Shown piece by piece: positions 1 through 11,900 of a DNA stretch of 64,000 nucleotides (position 1 is its first letter; each line of letters begins with the position of its first letter). The position numbers were made by a program, and so were the translations under genes. The DNA lies in the NCBI GenBank assembly GCA_000004985.1, contig GG738854.1; one strand, given 5' to 3'. The notes under the pieces are model-generated. The model was not told where the DNA came from. It did not search any database and saw nothing but the letters and a program-made list of their open reading frames with translations. This stretch comes from Naegleria gruberi (Eukaryota).

Positions 1-1586
1 TTGAATGACCCATAGACAACGTCTGCCTGTGGCGTAGATTGTATTGAACTGTTATACCAAATGAAGGTGCATACTGTGAATATACTATTTTGGAAAGAGT
101 TAGCACCCAGTATAACCATATTATTGCTCAACACTAAACCAGTAGCATCAGTGTAGAGCGAAGAAGTAGTTTCAAAACGCAAGAAATAATGAAGATCTCC
201 TGCCTTAGTTAAACTTGAAGTAGAGTGAATGGTCTGAAGTCTTGAGGACCTTGAAAATTTTACTCCACTACCCAACCTTGTATCATTCAAATACTGATCT
301 AGAATCAAATATTCCATTGGACCAACTTGGGCATCATAGGTCGCACGTTTAGCGAAAAAAATAGATAATTTTGTATCATCAAGGTCATTCAATGATGTAT
401 AGTCAAGAAATCTTACTTCAGCTACATTCTTGCTATCAAAATTATGGGTATATGACCTGATTATATTGAATGATGTGAGGTCAATTTGATGAAATGTAGA
501 TGAAGAGGTCAATAAAACAATGTAATCTCTTCTAATGATGTGGTATGCTGAAGAAGAAAAGACAGAGTCGAATGTTTGAGGGAGGGTTAAATTTTTGAGA
601 GGTGTAAAATTAATCGTCAGATTTCCTCCATGACTAATCTGATAAATTCTCAATTGAGCAGAGACTTTGTAATCTGTGGTATCTATCGTTTCATACACTA
701 ACAACATGTTAATTCATTGATGAAACAAATAGAACAACTTACTACTGAAAAATAGGTTCTTGTGAGGAACAAAGAAGCAATATCTGGAACAATATTGGGA
801 ATAGCTGACTCCACTCAAAAGATTAATTGGTGATTCTGAAATAGAAGATGGTTGGTAAACTAAAATATCAAACATTCTGTGAACAGAAAAAGCTTTTTTA
901 GCAGGAGCTGTCAAGGCGAAGGAAGAAAGCGTAAGTCTCTTTGAAACATCAGTCATAAATAATACGCAATTTGATGTCAAATAGTCTGGACAAGACAGTG
1001 CACCTACAACAGAAGATGATTGACCATCCTTATTATCCATAGGATAGAGAGCCACCCAACTTTGTCTCTTTTGTGTTATTGATTCCACAAAACTTGCACT
1101 ATCAATACTCAAATAAGATTCTCCAAAATTACTCAAAAAATCAGGTTGTCTAATTGACAAGGAAATTAAAACAGCCAATAACATTCCTCCAACCAAAAGT
1201 ATTATCAATATAGCCTCTATTATCAAACATATTTTAATTGATTCATTGATAATTTCATCTCTTTTCATTTGATCCCCCTGTGTTATCTTGTCGAATGTTG
1301 TTTTTACATTTGTTGTAACATTTTTAAAATAATTTGTTATTAATCCATTACTAGATCGTTGCGTTGTTACTATATTATTTGTATCAATCGATTCATTTGT
1401 AGTTCCAATCAAAGGCTCGGAAAGTAAATTATTATTTGTTTTTTTTCTCTTCTTGGTACTCGCTATTGATGAACCTGTATTTTCATAGGATGTATAATAT
1501 GAGGTTGTGAAGGATGATGGATGTAATTCTTGTTGTTGTTGATGATTATCCAAACTCGTCATTGCGCAAGAGCAAAAAATTACCAC
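1..1586 (-). CDS. Hypothetical type II membrane protein. The N-terminal cytoplasmic S/T/N-rich region is followed by one TM helix and a large lumenal domain. The 3' end runs off the window start.
   Basis: The 290-aa ORF at 714..1586 contains the TM segment ICLIIEAILIILLVGGMLLAVLISL. Its in-frame TGA at 714-716 lies inside a 45-nt intron at 698..742 (GTAAGT donor, TTAAC branch, TAG acceptor). Downstream, the same frame stays open for about 235 codons to position 1. No recognisable domain. Confidence 0.45.
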
Positions 1587-1909
1587 CTCAAAGTCTTGCT
1601 ATTTTTTTTAAAAATAAAAAATGTTCGCTTAAATTGAGGAGAAAATTTATTATTGTTTCTCAAGAATCCAAATTGCATCCAGTTTGCTACGGAGTTGTTG
1701 TTCCTATTCCTATGTTTCACCAAGACACAGGAGTAAGAATGTATTTTTGGACTCACTATTGATTGTTGAGATTGAGATATTTAAGAAGTGTTGATCTATT
1801 CATATAGAGTCTTGTTTATCCAATACTACAGTAAGGATTTTGTAATCGAATATCAAAAGTCACAGTTTAAAAGGGTAACCTTTTAAAAAATTGTGTCAAC
1901 AACAAAATC

Positions 1910-2749
1910 ATGCCTTCCACTCTTTCACAAGAATCCATTCTCCAATTCAAACATTCCTTCTCCTTGCTAGATACTGATCGGAAGGGTTTTGTGACCATTG
2001 ATGATATCAAGATTATGTTGAGAGCACTTCATATTAGAATTGATGAGGAGGATATTGATGATTTGATTCATCAGGTAAAATCAATGGATAGAGAAACTGT
2101 GGAGAGATTATATGAAACCTCTGTTTATAACGTTAATTTTTCAACAGTTAATAATAATAATACAACAACCAATGGTAATTATAATACAGAGAGTAGTAGT
2201 GAGCAACAATTGTCATCATTGGATGAGGAGGAATCATTGGATGATGAGGATGATGACAATTCATTGGCAATGACAGAGAAAGACACCAACAAGAACATTG
2301 TAGAATTGGTCAATAGTAATGATAATTCATCCATTATTCCACTTGTGAAGATTAATCCAAAGAGATTGAAAAAATCGGAAAAGTTTATTGCTTATAGACA
2401 TGGTTTCGATTTACCAGAATTTATTGCTTTTATTTCTTTTGCTGTGAATAGAGAATATCCAAATATTGGAGCTCATCCAAATGAAAGTTTTCAAGAATTG
2501 GATACAGATGAGTTGATAGGGAATAGTGGAAATCAATCACAATTATTTGAAAATATGGATGAATTATTCTCTATATTTGAGGATGTTAATGATAAGGGAT
2601 ATATTACCAAAGCATCATTAAAATCAGCGATTGAGAATGTTGGTGAATTCCTTCCAAATGAAATATTTGATCAAATGTTTCACGAGGTTGATTTTGCAAA
2701 AACTGGGAAAATATCTAGAATCCAGTTTGCATCCATTTTTGATCATTGA
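1910..2749 (+). CDS. EF-hand calcium-binding protein
   Basis: Canonical EF-hand loops DTDRKGFVTIDD, DVNDKGYITKAS and DFAKTGKISRIQ, with an acidic S/N-rich linker. Single continuous ORF. Confidence 0.6.
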   Translation: MPSTLSQESILQFKHSFSLLDTDRKGFVTIDDIKIMLRALHIRIDEEDIDDLIHQVKSMDRETVERLYETSVYNVNFSTVNNNNTTTNGNYNTESSSEQQLSSLDEEESLDDEDDDNSLAMTEKDTNKNIVELVNSNDNSSIIPLVKINPKRLKKSEKFIAYRHGFDLPEFIAFISFAVNREYPNIGAHPNESFQELDTDELIGNSGNQSQLFENMDELFSIFEDVNDKGYITKASLKSAIENVGEFLPNEIFDQMFHEVDFAKTGKISRIQFASIFDH

Positions 2750-2873
2750 TTTTGATTTTAAATAATAACATAATTTTTTAACTATGTTGTTCTGAACTTG
2801 CCGAAAAACACAACTTGGTACTGTGACAGGTTGTGGATATTTATAAATCTATTTTTTACATATAATAATGTAA

Positions 2874-2945
2874 AGCAAATTGGCGCAGCGGAAGCGCGAT
2901 GGGCTCATAACCCATAGGTCCTAGGATCGAAACCTAGATTTGCTA
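2874..2945 (+). tRNA. Initiator tRNA-Met (anticodon CAU)
   Basis: A 72-nt cloverleaf folded by hand. Acceptor AGCAAAT/ATTTGCT with A1:U72. D-arm GCGC-AGCGGAA-GCGC. Anticodon stem ATGGG/CCCAT with three G-C pairs. Loop CTCATAA. T-arm CTAGG-ATCGAAA-CCTAG with A54 and A60. Near-identical to eukaryotic cytoplasmic initiator tRNA. Confidence 0.9.
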
Positions 2946-2949
2946 CTCC

Positions 2950-2956
2950 TTTTTTT
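2950..2956 (+). terminator. Pol III T-run terminator after tRNA-iMet
   Basis: TTTTTTT lies 5 nt downstream of the tRNA 3' end. Confidence 0.6.
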
Positions 2957-3246
2957 GCTTTATAAAAAGATTAAACAATTTTGCAAGATGTATTGCAAGA
3001 CGGAATATTAATAATGTTGAGGTCTTTATTAGTAAATTTTACAAGAGAGGACAAATGAAAGAATTATTTTAACCAAACAATACAAAAAAATGTCTCACGG
3101 TATGTAGGCCAATCATCCAGATTTTTTCAATGCATTATCACATCATATTACAAACCTTGATCGGAATAACAAAAACCATAGGAAGTGAATCAAAGGTCGT
3201 CATTGAAGGTAGGTACAGTAATTAGCAATAGTATGAGGTAATTGTG

Positions 3247-4034
3247 ATGGTTTCAAAAGGTGTCAATCAAAGTAAAGCCTATGTTGGTGTACATGCTGCC
3301 TCTGGTATCATTAGTTTCCTCGTTGCTAGAGGTATTCTCCTTGTTCCAATTCAAAATGAAAAGACTAGAAGGCAATTTAATACTCCAAATATTAGTAGTG
3401 AACCATTGACTTTTGGATTAGGCCAAGAAGTGCTCATTCAATTCTCAAATTTCTTCTTGAGAGTAGGAATTAACTCTGCATTAAACGCAATGAAATTGGA
3501 TCTTCCTCCAATTGTGCCAAGTGTTTTGAGTGACATTGCTGTCTATCCACTTGTTGCTAAGAGAGTTAGAGCCATTATTGCTGGTTCTGGCCTTATTACT
3601 CAAGTTGAAAAGCCATCATGGACTAAATGGCTTACTTCAGTTGCTACCTATGTACTTTATGGAATAGTAGAGGAAGCATTGTACAATGTAATTTTTGAAA
3701 AGGTTTCTGATTCTGATCTTTTACCTATTGACACAACTTCAAGTGTTTATAATGAACGTTTGGTCCAAGGATTGTGTCTTGGCCTTTCAAAGGTTGCCCT
3801 TTCACCACTTGAAATTATCTATAAGGTATGTCAGTAATTATTTTCCAATTTAGTTACCAACCTAACAATTCAAAGAATCAAATGGTTTTCAATGGAGTTC
3901 CTGCCATCAATAGAAATAACTTTTTATCACTTTATACAAGAGGATCTTACTTTGGAATTTTGGAAGGTATTTCATTAACCTATGTAAAATATGCTGTTTT
4001 TAATATTTTAAATGAAAACTTGACAAAACATTGA
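3247..4034 (+). CDS. Hypothetical two-exon membrane protein with weak mitochondrial-carrier-like repeat motifs
   Basis: Exon 1 spans 3247..3825 and exon 2 spans 3876..4034. The intron at 3826..3875 has a GTATGT donor, CTAAC branch and CAAAG acceptor, and is in frame. The motifs PLVAKRVR and PLEIIYK resemble the Px[DE]xx[KR] pattern only loosely. Confidence 0.35.
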
Positions 4035-4079
4035 AGTTGAACATCATCTAAACAGTACAATAAATGTTTATTTAAATTA

Positions 4080-5366
4080 CTATATTCCCATGGCATTCAA
4101 TCTTTCAGAAGCTGATTCGGTGGTGGTTTTCTGAACGACGTACTTGAAATTAGAGTGAATTCTCTCCAGATCATTATTTAGAAAATCATCAACCATTTCA
4201 AGCAATTCAGAATTTTCTTCAATAATGCTCTGATCTGGAATATCCATTAAATTGAACATTAATTGATTATTCTTATTTGTGGAGCCACTCTCTGAAAAAT
4301 CAATATTTCTCAAAACTGGAAGCGAGTCTTCTCTGATTCTAAATTCGAATGGCTTTTCACCTTTAAGAATTTCTGTGTCTTTAATCCATGAAAAGAATGC
4401 GCTTCCTGTATATTGATTAAATGGATTGAATTCCAGAACTTGAACATTGAGATTATCCATATCGTGTAGTTTTTCTTCGTCTGAGGATAATGGATAAATT
4501 ACTAAATCCATTACACTGTTATCAAATGGAATTTCGTCCTTAATCTTTTCAAAAAAGTTTAACATTGCCTTCAAATATAAATCCTTATGGTTACACAAAT
4601 CTTCAAAGAAAAGAGCATCATTATATTGTGAAATGGCACACAATTTTCTATTATAAACAAAAGTTCTGAATTCGTATTGAATATTATGATTTGGAATCCA
4701 TTTTCTCAATACGAAAAAGACATTCCACAATGAATCGTCATTTCTATACTTGAGTGCAATATTTAAATCATCATAGACACGAGTAGAACTTGTCATCATT
4801 TCAATAGCCTCTTGTCCACTTTCAAATTTCATAACTTCCACTTGAGATTCAAAGAATGCAATGAATTCATTATTTTGCTTATCTTGATCTGATTGAATTT
4901 TAGCATTTTCACCTCCAAAAGAAAACATTGCATTCTTTTCATAAAGCTTTCTCTGAAGAATTTGACGAATCTTTTGGGAATTAAAAGCAGCATCTTTAGG
5001 AGATCTAGAACTCAATCTAATAAAAGCACTGCTCACATCCATTTCTTCATCATAAAATTCAGAATTATTTGTAAGTTCATCATCAATTTTTCCTTCCAAT
5101 TTCTTTAAAATTTCATAATCATCACCACTTGGTGATTGATCCTTCGTTTTCTTAATATGAAATTCGTATTGTTTAATCATGACTTTAGCTTCGGATTGAG
5201 TGATAGGAATAAATTTAGTATAAGTTGTAAACTTGGAACATTTTTCATACCAAGCATCAATGTCATATTCAAACCCGTATCGTTCACTTGGGTTGGATAA
5301 ATCTTTAGGTTCTGTCATTGCTAAATTCTTTCTATTTTTTTCAGTTTTTAATTTTGAAAAGTGCAA
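4080..5366 (-). CDS. CDC123: Cdc123 / D123-family protein (eIF2 assembly factor, ATP-grasp-like)
   Basis: Four motifs align with human CDC123. AWYEKCSKFTTYTKFIPI matches SAWYPFFRGVTIKSVILPL. FIRLSSRSPKDAAF matches FPKLNWSAPRDAYW. YEFRTFVYNRKLCAISQYN matches EFRCFVKENKLIGISQRD. VLEFNPF matches LIDFNPF. Single exon. Confidence 0.75.
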   Translation of the reverse strand: MHFSKLKTEKNRKNLAMTEPKDLSNPSERYGFEYDIDAWYEKCSKFTTYTKFIPITQSEAKVMIKQYEFHIKKTKDQSPSGDDYEILKKLEGKIDDELTNNSEFYDEEMDVSSAFIRLSSRSPKDAAFNSQKIRQILQRKLYEKNAMFSFGGENAKIQSDQDKQNNEFIAFFESQVEVMKFESGQEAIEMMTSSTRVYDDLNIALKYRNDDSLWNVFFVLRKWIPNHNIQYEFRTFVYNRKLCAISQYNDALFFEDLCNHKDLYLKAMLNFFEKIKDEIPFDNSVMDLVIYPLSSDEEKLHDMDNLNVQVLEFNPFNQYTGSAFFSWIKDTEILKGEKPFEFRIREDSLPVLRNIDFSESGSTNKNNQLMFNLMDIPDQSIIEENSELLEMVDDFLNNDLERIHSNFKYVVQKTTTESASERLNAMGI

Positions 5367-6589
5367 AGATGAAATTTACCTCCTTTACATGTTGTAACGT
5401 AATCAAACAATCTTAATAACATCTCTGATCCAATAAGAATTGTCCAATGATTACCAATATCAAATAAATATAATTTAAAATCATATCGGAAGATAATTTT
5501 CCAAAGCACAAGTAAGATAATTCAAGGTATTGATAAAAAAATTGTTAATGTTCGAATGTTGCATCACATGCAAACAACTAACATGTGAGGAATTGCTTCA
5601 CTATCATGAATAGATGGCTTAATACTGTCCATGAATGTCTAGTTGGTTTCATAGAGCAAGTTGTTTTTTCTGAGAGAGCATGTATTTGAAACATGCATAT
5701 TAATAGACACAGGGCCTTGCCAACTTTTTTGCACAACATGTGGAAACAAAAGAGATGGGAAATAACTAACAGTAATTGAGTTGTGGATTTAGTTTTTCTT
5801 ATTGCCATTCCTATCCTTCAGTTCCATATTCATAAAAATATATTAATACAAATTGGTTTTATTTGACCTAAACCTTATTGAGAAACAGCTACATTAATTT
5901 CTTCAGTGCTATTTATGTAGTATTTTGGGATCCTTTGGGTTGTAATATTCTTTTGTAAAACAAGAAGATTTGAATGTTTTCCTGTGTGCAACTTAAAGCT
6001 CAAGATCCAAACAAGATTCAATAAAAATAATATAAAAAAAATTGCATTGTTGACCTCAGCAGTTCTCTAAAGAATGGATTTGATAATGCCAACTTTCAAT
6101 AACTTCCAATATCGAGGTTTAGCTGATACTAAGAAATCTGATATTACCAAGACCTACCAGGGGATACATGCTCAAGCTCAATAACTAGTTATTGAACATC
6201 TATTATTAATAATACTCCAGTGTCATCTTCGTAGACTGTCTTGATGCATATTGTAACAGCATTCTCTGATGAACTTTGAGAAGAACATTACAATGAATGG
6301 TATGGAAAGAAATTGTTAAGTTTCAGTTACCTTGTCAATTGTTCATGGTAGCGTTAGAATTTCAATATGAATGAAGAATTGAGTTAACCTGTCTATCCCA
6401 ATTATCATTTCTAATATTTTTAAAGATTATGGAACGGATACATTATTAATTCCAATCAGGGAAGAATTGTCTTATTAACCCTCAATTGGACTAACTTTGA
6501 CACTAATCGGAGAAAACCCATATGAAAGAGGACTGTACTAACTTCTTTTTAATTTATCATATTACTGATGAACATGTAGTAAAAAGCCG

Positions 6590-8647
6590 ATGCTAGTAAA
6601 AAAAATGCACAGAATCAACTATGCTGTACTCACCTTACTCTTTTTGCTGCACATTAGTGCCATTTTAGGCGTTATTAACACCTCGATGAATAGTAATAAA
6701 ACAGTGCTTAATGATGTTGTGCTTCCTGGAGAGGAGCAATGCTTTGTGAGGCACCATTCGGATCCAATACGGTTTTTGTGGAGTATTAACAATAACGATT
6801 ATAGTGATGAGGCAGAAAATTCTTCCTTCCGAAATATTACACTCAATATAAAAGCCTCAAAAATGAGCGCGACTTTTTGCATTGGTCTCCAGCTATTCTC
6901 TGAGGGAGATAAGTTTTTCATGTCGCCCATAACTGAAAATTATTATATGAAAGAACCATTAAGCAATGATTTTACAATGATTGAGGATGTCAGGTATCGG
7001 CTGTATTGCTATTTTCAAAGACTAGGAACCTTGGATTATGACATCCTTCCATCAACATTTTGTCAGACAAGAAATGGAACTTCATTTCAAGAAGGATGTT
7101 CTTATGGATATGCAAACCAAAAATTAGATTCTTTCCTTGCCAGAGCAGATTGGAAATTCACTCTCAGACAACCATTCAAGCAATATGATGCTAGCATGAC
7201 AGATTTGGAAATTAAGATTCCAATGTTATTACCTGCAAAAATTGATGTTCAACTACATTTGGTGTTTGTGGATATGTACTGGCGATTTTGGATAGACCCC
7301 TTCTCAACTTATGGATTAGTCGGATCTTCCTATTATATACCAATTATTTCACAAAATTTGACCTTAGCAAACTCACTGAAACCTTATTGGCACGATGAGT
7401 GTGATATTTTGACTTATAACTCAAGACCACAATATTATTATTGGAAAATGGTATCTTTATCTATTGGAGTGGCTGAGTTTTCTATTATTCTTGTAATGTT
7501 ATTTATTAAGAGAAATCATCATATGATCAAAAGTAGATTTGTCGTTCCATATTTCTCTTGTGGATTGTATCTCGCCCAAGGAGTGGCAAGTATAATCTTA
7601 AATATTATATATTATGATCCAGAGTGGGACACTTTGATGGAAGAACTTGTGGTGATTGCAGTGCTTTCTTTGCATTTCTTGCAGGTGTTGAGATATTATG
7701 CTTGCCGATACTTTTATTCAAAACATTATTCGAAAAGAGATAGTATCATTTTGAAAGTACTATTGTCCAAGTTCTTATTCTTGGTTTCTATCATTTTTGT
7801 CCTAATGTGTGAGGCTACAATTGTTACTTTTTTAATGACCTCGATTTCATACCTTAACCTTGCCAATTATGTGTACGACTCAATTTGTCTCATAGTAGCT
7901 GTTGGTTATATTTCAGTATTAGGTGTAGGATTAGCAGCCCATTTTGTTTCGAACAAAAACTTTATTCAAACACTTAAGAATAAGAGGAGAATTGCAAGGT
8001 GGTTCTTTCTGTATGATGATACCTTTGGCTACAATATTGAATTCTTTGTTCAAATCCCACCATTATGTTTTGTATTTCTTCATTTTACTGTTTCTCAATT
8101 AGATGTCTCATATCTCACGATACTAGTATTTGACCATACGCGTCCAATCTCTACCATGTACACAAACCATACCATTGGTTATATCTTATATGGTGTAAGC
8201 AAAATATTAATGATAACTGGGTTCACCTTTCAAAATTTGTTTCTAATTATTTACACATTCGTAAAAATTGAACAACCTGTTATAGATGATTACGGTTCAC
8301 AACAAGAGGAAATGGATTTATTTCTCTCTAAAACATTTAGTGATGGAACTGTTTGCATGGATATTATGAAACAATTTCTTGCAAGAGAATTCAGAGTTGA
8401 GCTATTAGAATTATATATTTTCTTGTCCAAAAATCCAAAGGCAGGCGATTTTGAATTGAGTGAAAAATATCCACATTACTCGACCGTCAGTGGTATTTCA
8501 GATACTTCTCCTAGCACTCAATATGAAATTATTACACGAAATTTATTAGAGGCATTTGGACGACTGAAACAAACAGTTGTGTATGAAGAGGAATATCTGA
8601 AGAAAAATATGGATGAAATTGAGTTTGTATTTAACAGCATAACGTAG
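6590..8647 (+). CDS. Seven-transmembrane receptor-like protein with an N-terminal signal peptide, an ectodomain of about 280 aa and a C-terminal RGS-like region
   Basis: There is a signal-peptide-like N-terminus and seven hydrophobic helices between roughly aa 290 and 560. The C-terminal stretch FLAREFRVELLELYIFLSKNPKAGDFELSEKY resembles the core of an RGS domain. Single ORF. Confidence 0.5.
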   Translation: MLVKKMHRINYAVLTLLFLLHISAILGVINTSMNSNKTVLNDVVLPGEEQCFVRHHSDPIRFLWSINNNDYSDEAENSSFRNITLNIKASKMSATFCIGLQLFSEGDKFFMSPITENYYMKEPLSNDFTMIEDVRYRLYCYFQRLGTLDYDILPSTFCQTRNGTSFQEGCSYGYANQKLDSFLARADWKFTLRQPFKQYDASMTDLEIKIPMLLPAKIDVQLHLVFVDMYWRFWIDPFSTYGLVGSSYYIPIISQNLTLANSLKPYWHDECDILTYNSRPQYYYWKMVSLSIGVAEFSIILVMLFIKRNHHMIKSRFVVPYFSCGLYLAQGVASIILNIIYYDPEWDTLMEELVVIAVLSLHFLQVLRYYACRYFYSKHYSKRDSIILKVLLSKFLFLVSIIFVLMCEATIVTFLMTSISYLNLANYVYDSICLIVAVGYISVLGVGLAAHFVSNKNFIQTLKNKRRIARWFFLYDDTFGYNIEFFVQIPPLCFVFLHFTVSQLDVSYLTILVFDHTRPISTMYTNHTIGYILYGVSKILMITGFTFQNLFLIIYTFVKIEQPVIDDYGSQQEEMDLFLSKTFSDGTVCMDIMKQFLAREFRVELLELYIFLSKNPKAGDFELSEKYPHYSTVSGISDTSPSTQYEIITRNLLEAFGRLKQTVVYEEEYLKKNMDEIEFVFNSIT

Positions 8648-8937
8648 TTTCAATCAACCTAAATGAATTATTAAATATGTTTGCTTATTCTCCTTGACTA
8701 CGGCACTAATCAAGTTGACACGATCTCTTATTGAGTCACTCAATAACAAGTGGCCGTTCACCCTCTAATCCAACACATTGAAAATAAGCGATCAACAGTT
8801 CTGTCAAGTATCATTACTCAAAAAAAATGGCATCGGAAGGTGACAGCCAAACAGCCATTGATTCAGGGTAAGTGAACTAATGACATGTTAACCATCAATG
8901 CCTCCCACAACACAGTTATTCTGATTCAACTCCCCAA

Positions 8938-11900
8938 GTGAAAACTGTAACCTCCAACAAGAGAGGTCTCATGAAGAGAACAGCAACATTTCACAATAAT
9001 AATTCATCACCAACCACAACTACACCAAATACTCTCGATTCATCAACCACTCCAACAACTCCTTCCAATGATAGTCAATCAGGAAGGGAATCCAGTGGTT
9101 CTAAAATTGTGAAGAGAGTTGTAAAGAGACAAATTACAAATAATTCAACAACCACAAATAATAATCCATCCAATTCCACTTCATTATTATCATCATCACT
9201 CCAACAAGGATCATCCAGTACCATCCCAATAGGTGGTAGTGTAAACTCCAATCATCATCATGATAATAGTACTTCCTCTTCACCTCCTTCTGCCATCTCA
9301 AGATCATGGCATCACTCGAGGAAGACTAAACTTTCATCATCATCCAATATTGTTGGTAGTGTTGGTAATAATGGTGAATTTTCTCCTTCCTCTCCCACCA
9401 TTTCATCCTCCTTCAATAATAATTCCTTCTCTCCCAATTATAATAACAATAATTCACCATCGTCATCACTTCCTCACTCTAATTCCTTCCAATCCAAACT
9501 CTCCTTTAAAAAATCGAATACAATTAAAAATAAGGCTTCTCCAACAAATGGTGTAGATCAACAACAATCATCATCAACCTCGATAGGTGGTGGGAATGGA
9601 AGGATTACTTCACCTGGTTTTTATAGAGAAGGTGATTTGGATGAGGGAGATGTATTGTTTGCTAGAAAGACTGAAGGATCTGAACGTTCTTCCAATGCTC
9701 AAAGTTCTGATACCAATGATGAGGGTACAACAGATGACGATGAAGAAAATGGAGGAAGAAGAGCACAGGACCAAAGTGAGGGAAGTTGGGACCGATCAGC
9801 TCCTTTTAGAGTGCACCAAGATTCTTCTTCGACAAGAAAAAAGACAAATTATCAACCTCCTGCTCTTTTAAATAGGAAAATTATTCCTCCATCCGAACTG
9901 TATGGTGCAAGTCTTGCTGCTTCTATAATGGATAATTCTTCTCTGATGAATGCATCTGTTGGATCAATGGAAGGTAAAATGGTGGAAGAAGCTGTTGAGA
10001 GTGATCCCGAATCATTCTCTTCTGGTGAGGAGTCATCATATTCACATAATAATTTTACAGAAGAGTTGAGTAATTCTCAATTGCAACAGTTGAGTATGAA
10101 ACATTCTCCTTCTTCACCAATATTAGCTTCTTCACCTCGTACTCTTGATATTCCTTTAAATTCTCCTCTTTCTTCTAGTCCAATGCAAAAAATTGCAATG
10201 ACACACAGCAAAAGCTCATCGGATATTAATACTGCACGTTCAAACCAACATACTAAAGGAATGTATTATAGAATGATGACTGGTGGAAATCACACTCAAA
10301 GGAAGAAACAATACAGAAAATTAGTAACCAAAAAGAACATTTTTGGGTTGCCTGTCACTTTTTCAAAGCCAGCACCTGTCACAACAACAGATTATCAAGA
10401 TGAGGAATATGTGAAGGAAATGACAACTACAAAGGATAAGAACAAGAAACCTGTTGTTAATTCTCAACTTAAAAAAATTGATGATTCACAAGATAAGTTA
10501 GAAGATGTCCAGGATAAACTTGCACTTTTCCACAAGATTCAATATGCTCCTGAAGATATGCCTCTTTCTCCTGGTAGATCTTTCCTTGATACTACTCCAA
10601 GAAAGATTGAAAAACCAGAAAAAAAGGATGATAAGAAACAAAAACAAGAAGTACAAACACCAACAACTCCAAAGCCAACAAACGCACCAACAGTCAAGAA
10701 ACATTTTTACAAAGTTAATACTGGAACATGTACATCAATTCCATCTACTGTTCCTCTTAATACTGATAATATTGATAAGAAACAATTTGAACTTGTTTAC
10801 TGGTCCACATACAAGGACTTGGCAGAGGATGAATATCTTATTGAAAAATTCTTTGTTTCTAATTTTAGTGCTATGGATTTATTATATAAATTATTTTATA
10901 ATAATCCAGATGATACAAACAGAAAGAGAAAATTCAAAGAATTATACAATGGTCATCTCATCACAGAACAAATGGAACAATTAAGAGATATTTTCAAACA
11001 AGTTTCTAAAATCAGAATGTGTACACTTGTGAAGAAGAGGGATGAAAGACTTGAGAATAACCAAAAACTTCATGAGGAAAAAATTATGCAAGACTATGAT
11101 TCATCTTCCTCAGATGATGACGTAGACTTGGTTATTAACGAAAAAGGAGAAATTGATAATGTATTCAGTATGAAGAATTTGATGAATAACTTTGACCAAA
11201 ATATTTTGGCAGAAATCAACAAAACTTCTAAAACATCTAGAAACCAAAGAAATATTACTATCAATTCTGAAACATTAACTTCCGAAATTTCTAAATCATC
11301 CCATCTCACTCTAAAAGATTTAGAAAACGAAGAAAGATTTAACATTTCTGCTAAAATTACTGGTGATACCAAAATTGAATTTTATACAATTAGAAATTGG
11401 TTGACTAAGATTTTAGCCTGTTCTATAACAAGAAAAAAGAGAGAAATGTCCACAATTTTACCTATTCAACCAAGAGAAGAACGAGAGGAAAGAATAGAAA
11501 GTTTCTCTGCCTCTCCAGTTACTGCTACCTTGCTGAATATTGCATCTGAAAGAAATGAATGGGCCAATGAAGAAACATACACCTACACCAACACCAATAC
11601 CAATACTAACACTAATACTGACTCTGACTATTCTGATCCTAATCACTTGCAAAGATGGAAGAGAAAGTCAGTTCTTAGAAAGGGTCCGTTGGAGAATAAT
11701 ACACCAAAACTTGAGATGCAACCTACAGAATTGTTGGACTACATGATGGCTCTATCATGCAGTGCTTCAACTTTATTTGACACATTAGACGAATGGGAGG
11801 TAAGAATTCACGCCTTGTTTGCTTTTTTGGAAACTCTGACTTTGCAAACACCTCACCAAATTAATTGTATTCTAGTATTCTTAGGAGATTTAATCCTCTA

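Noticed and set aside
9260-9871. Plus-strand ORFs 9260..9556 and 9587..9871 inside the RasGEF gene
   Set aside because: Alternate-frame ORFs within the S/T/N-rich low-complexity region of the 1351-aa RasGEF ORF. Not independent genes.
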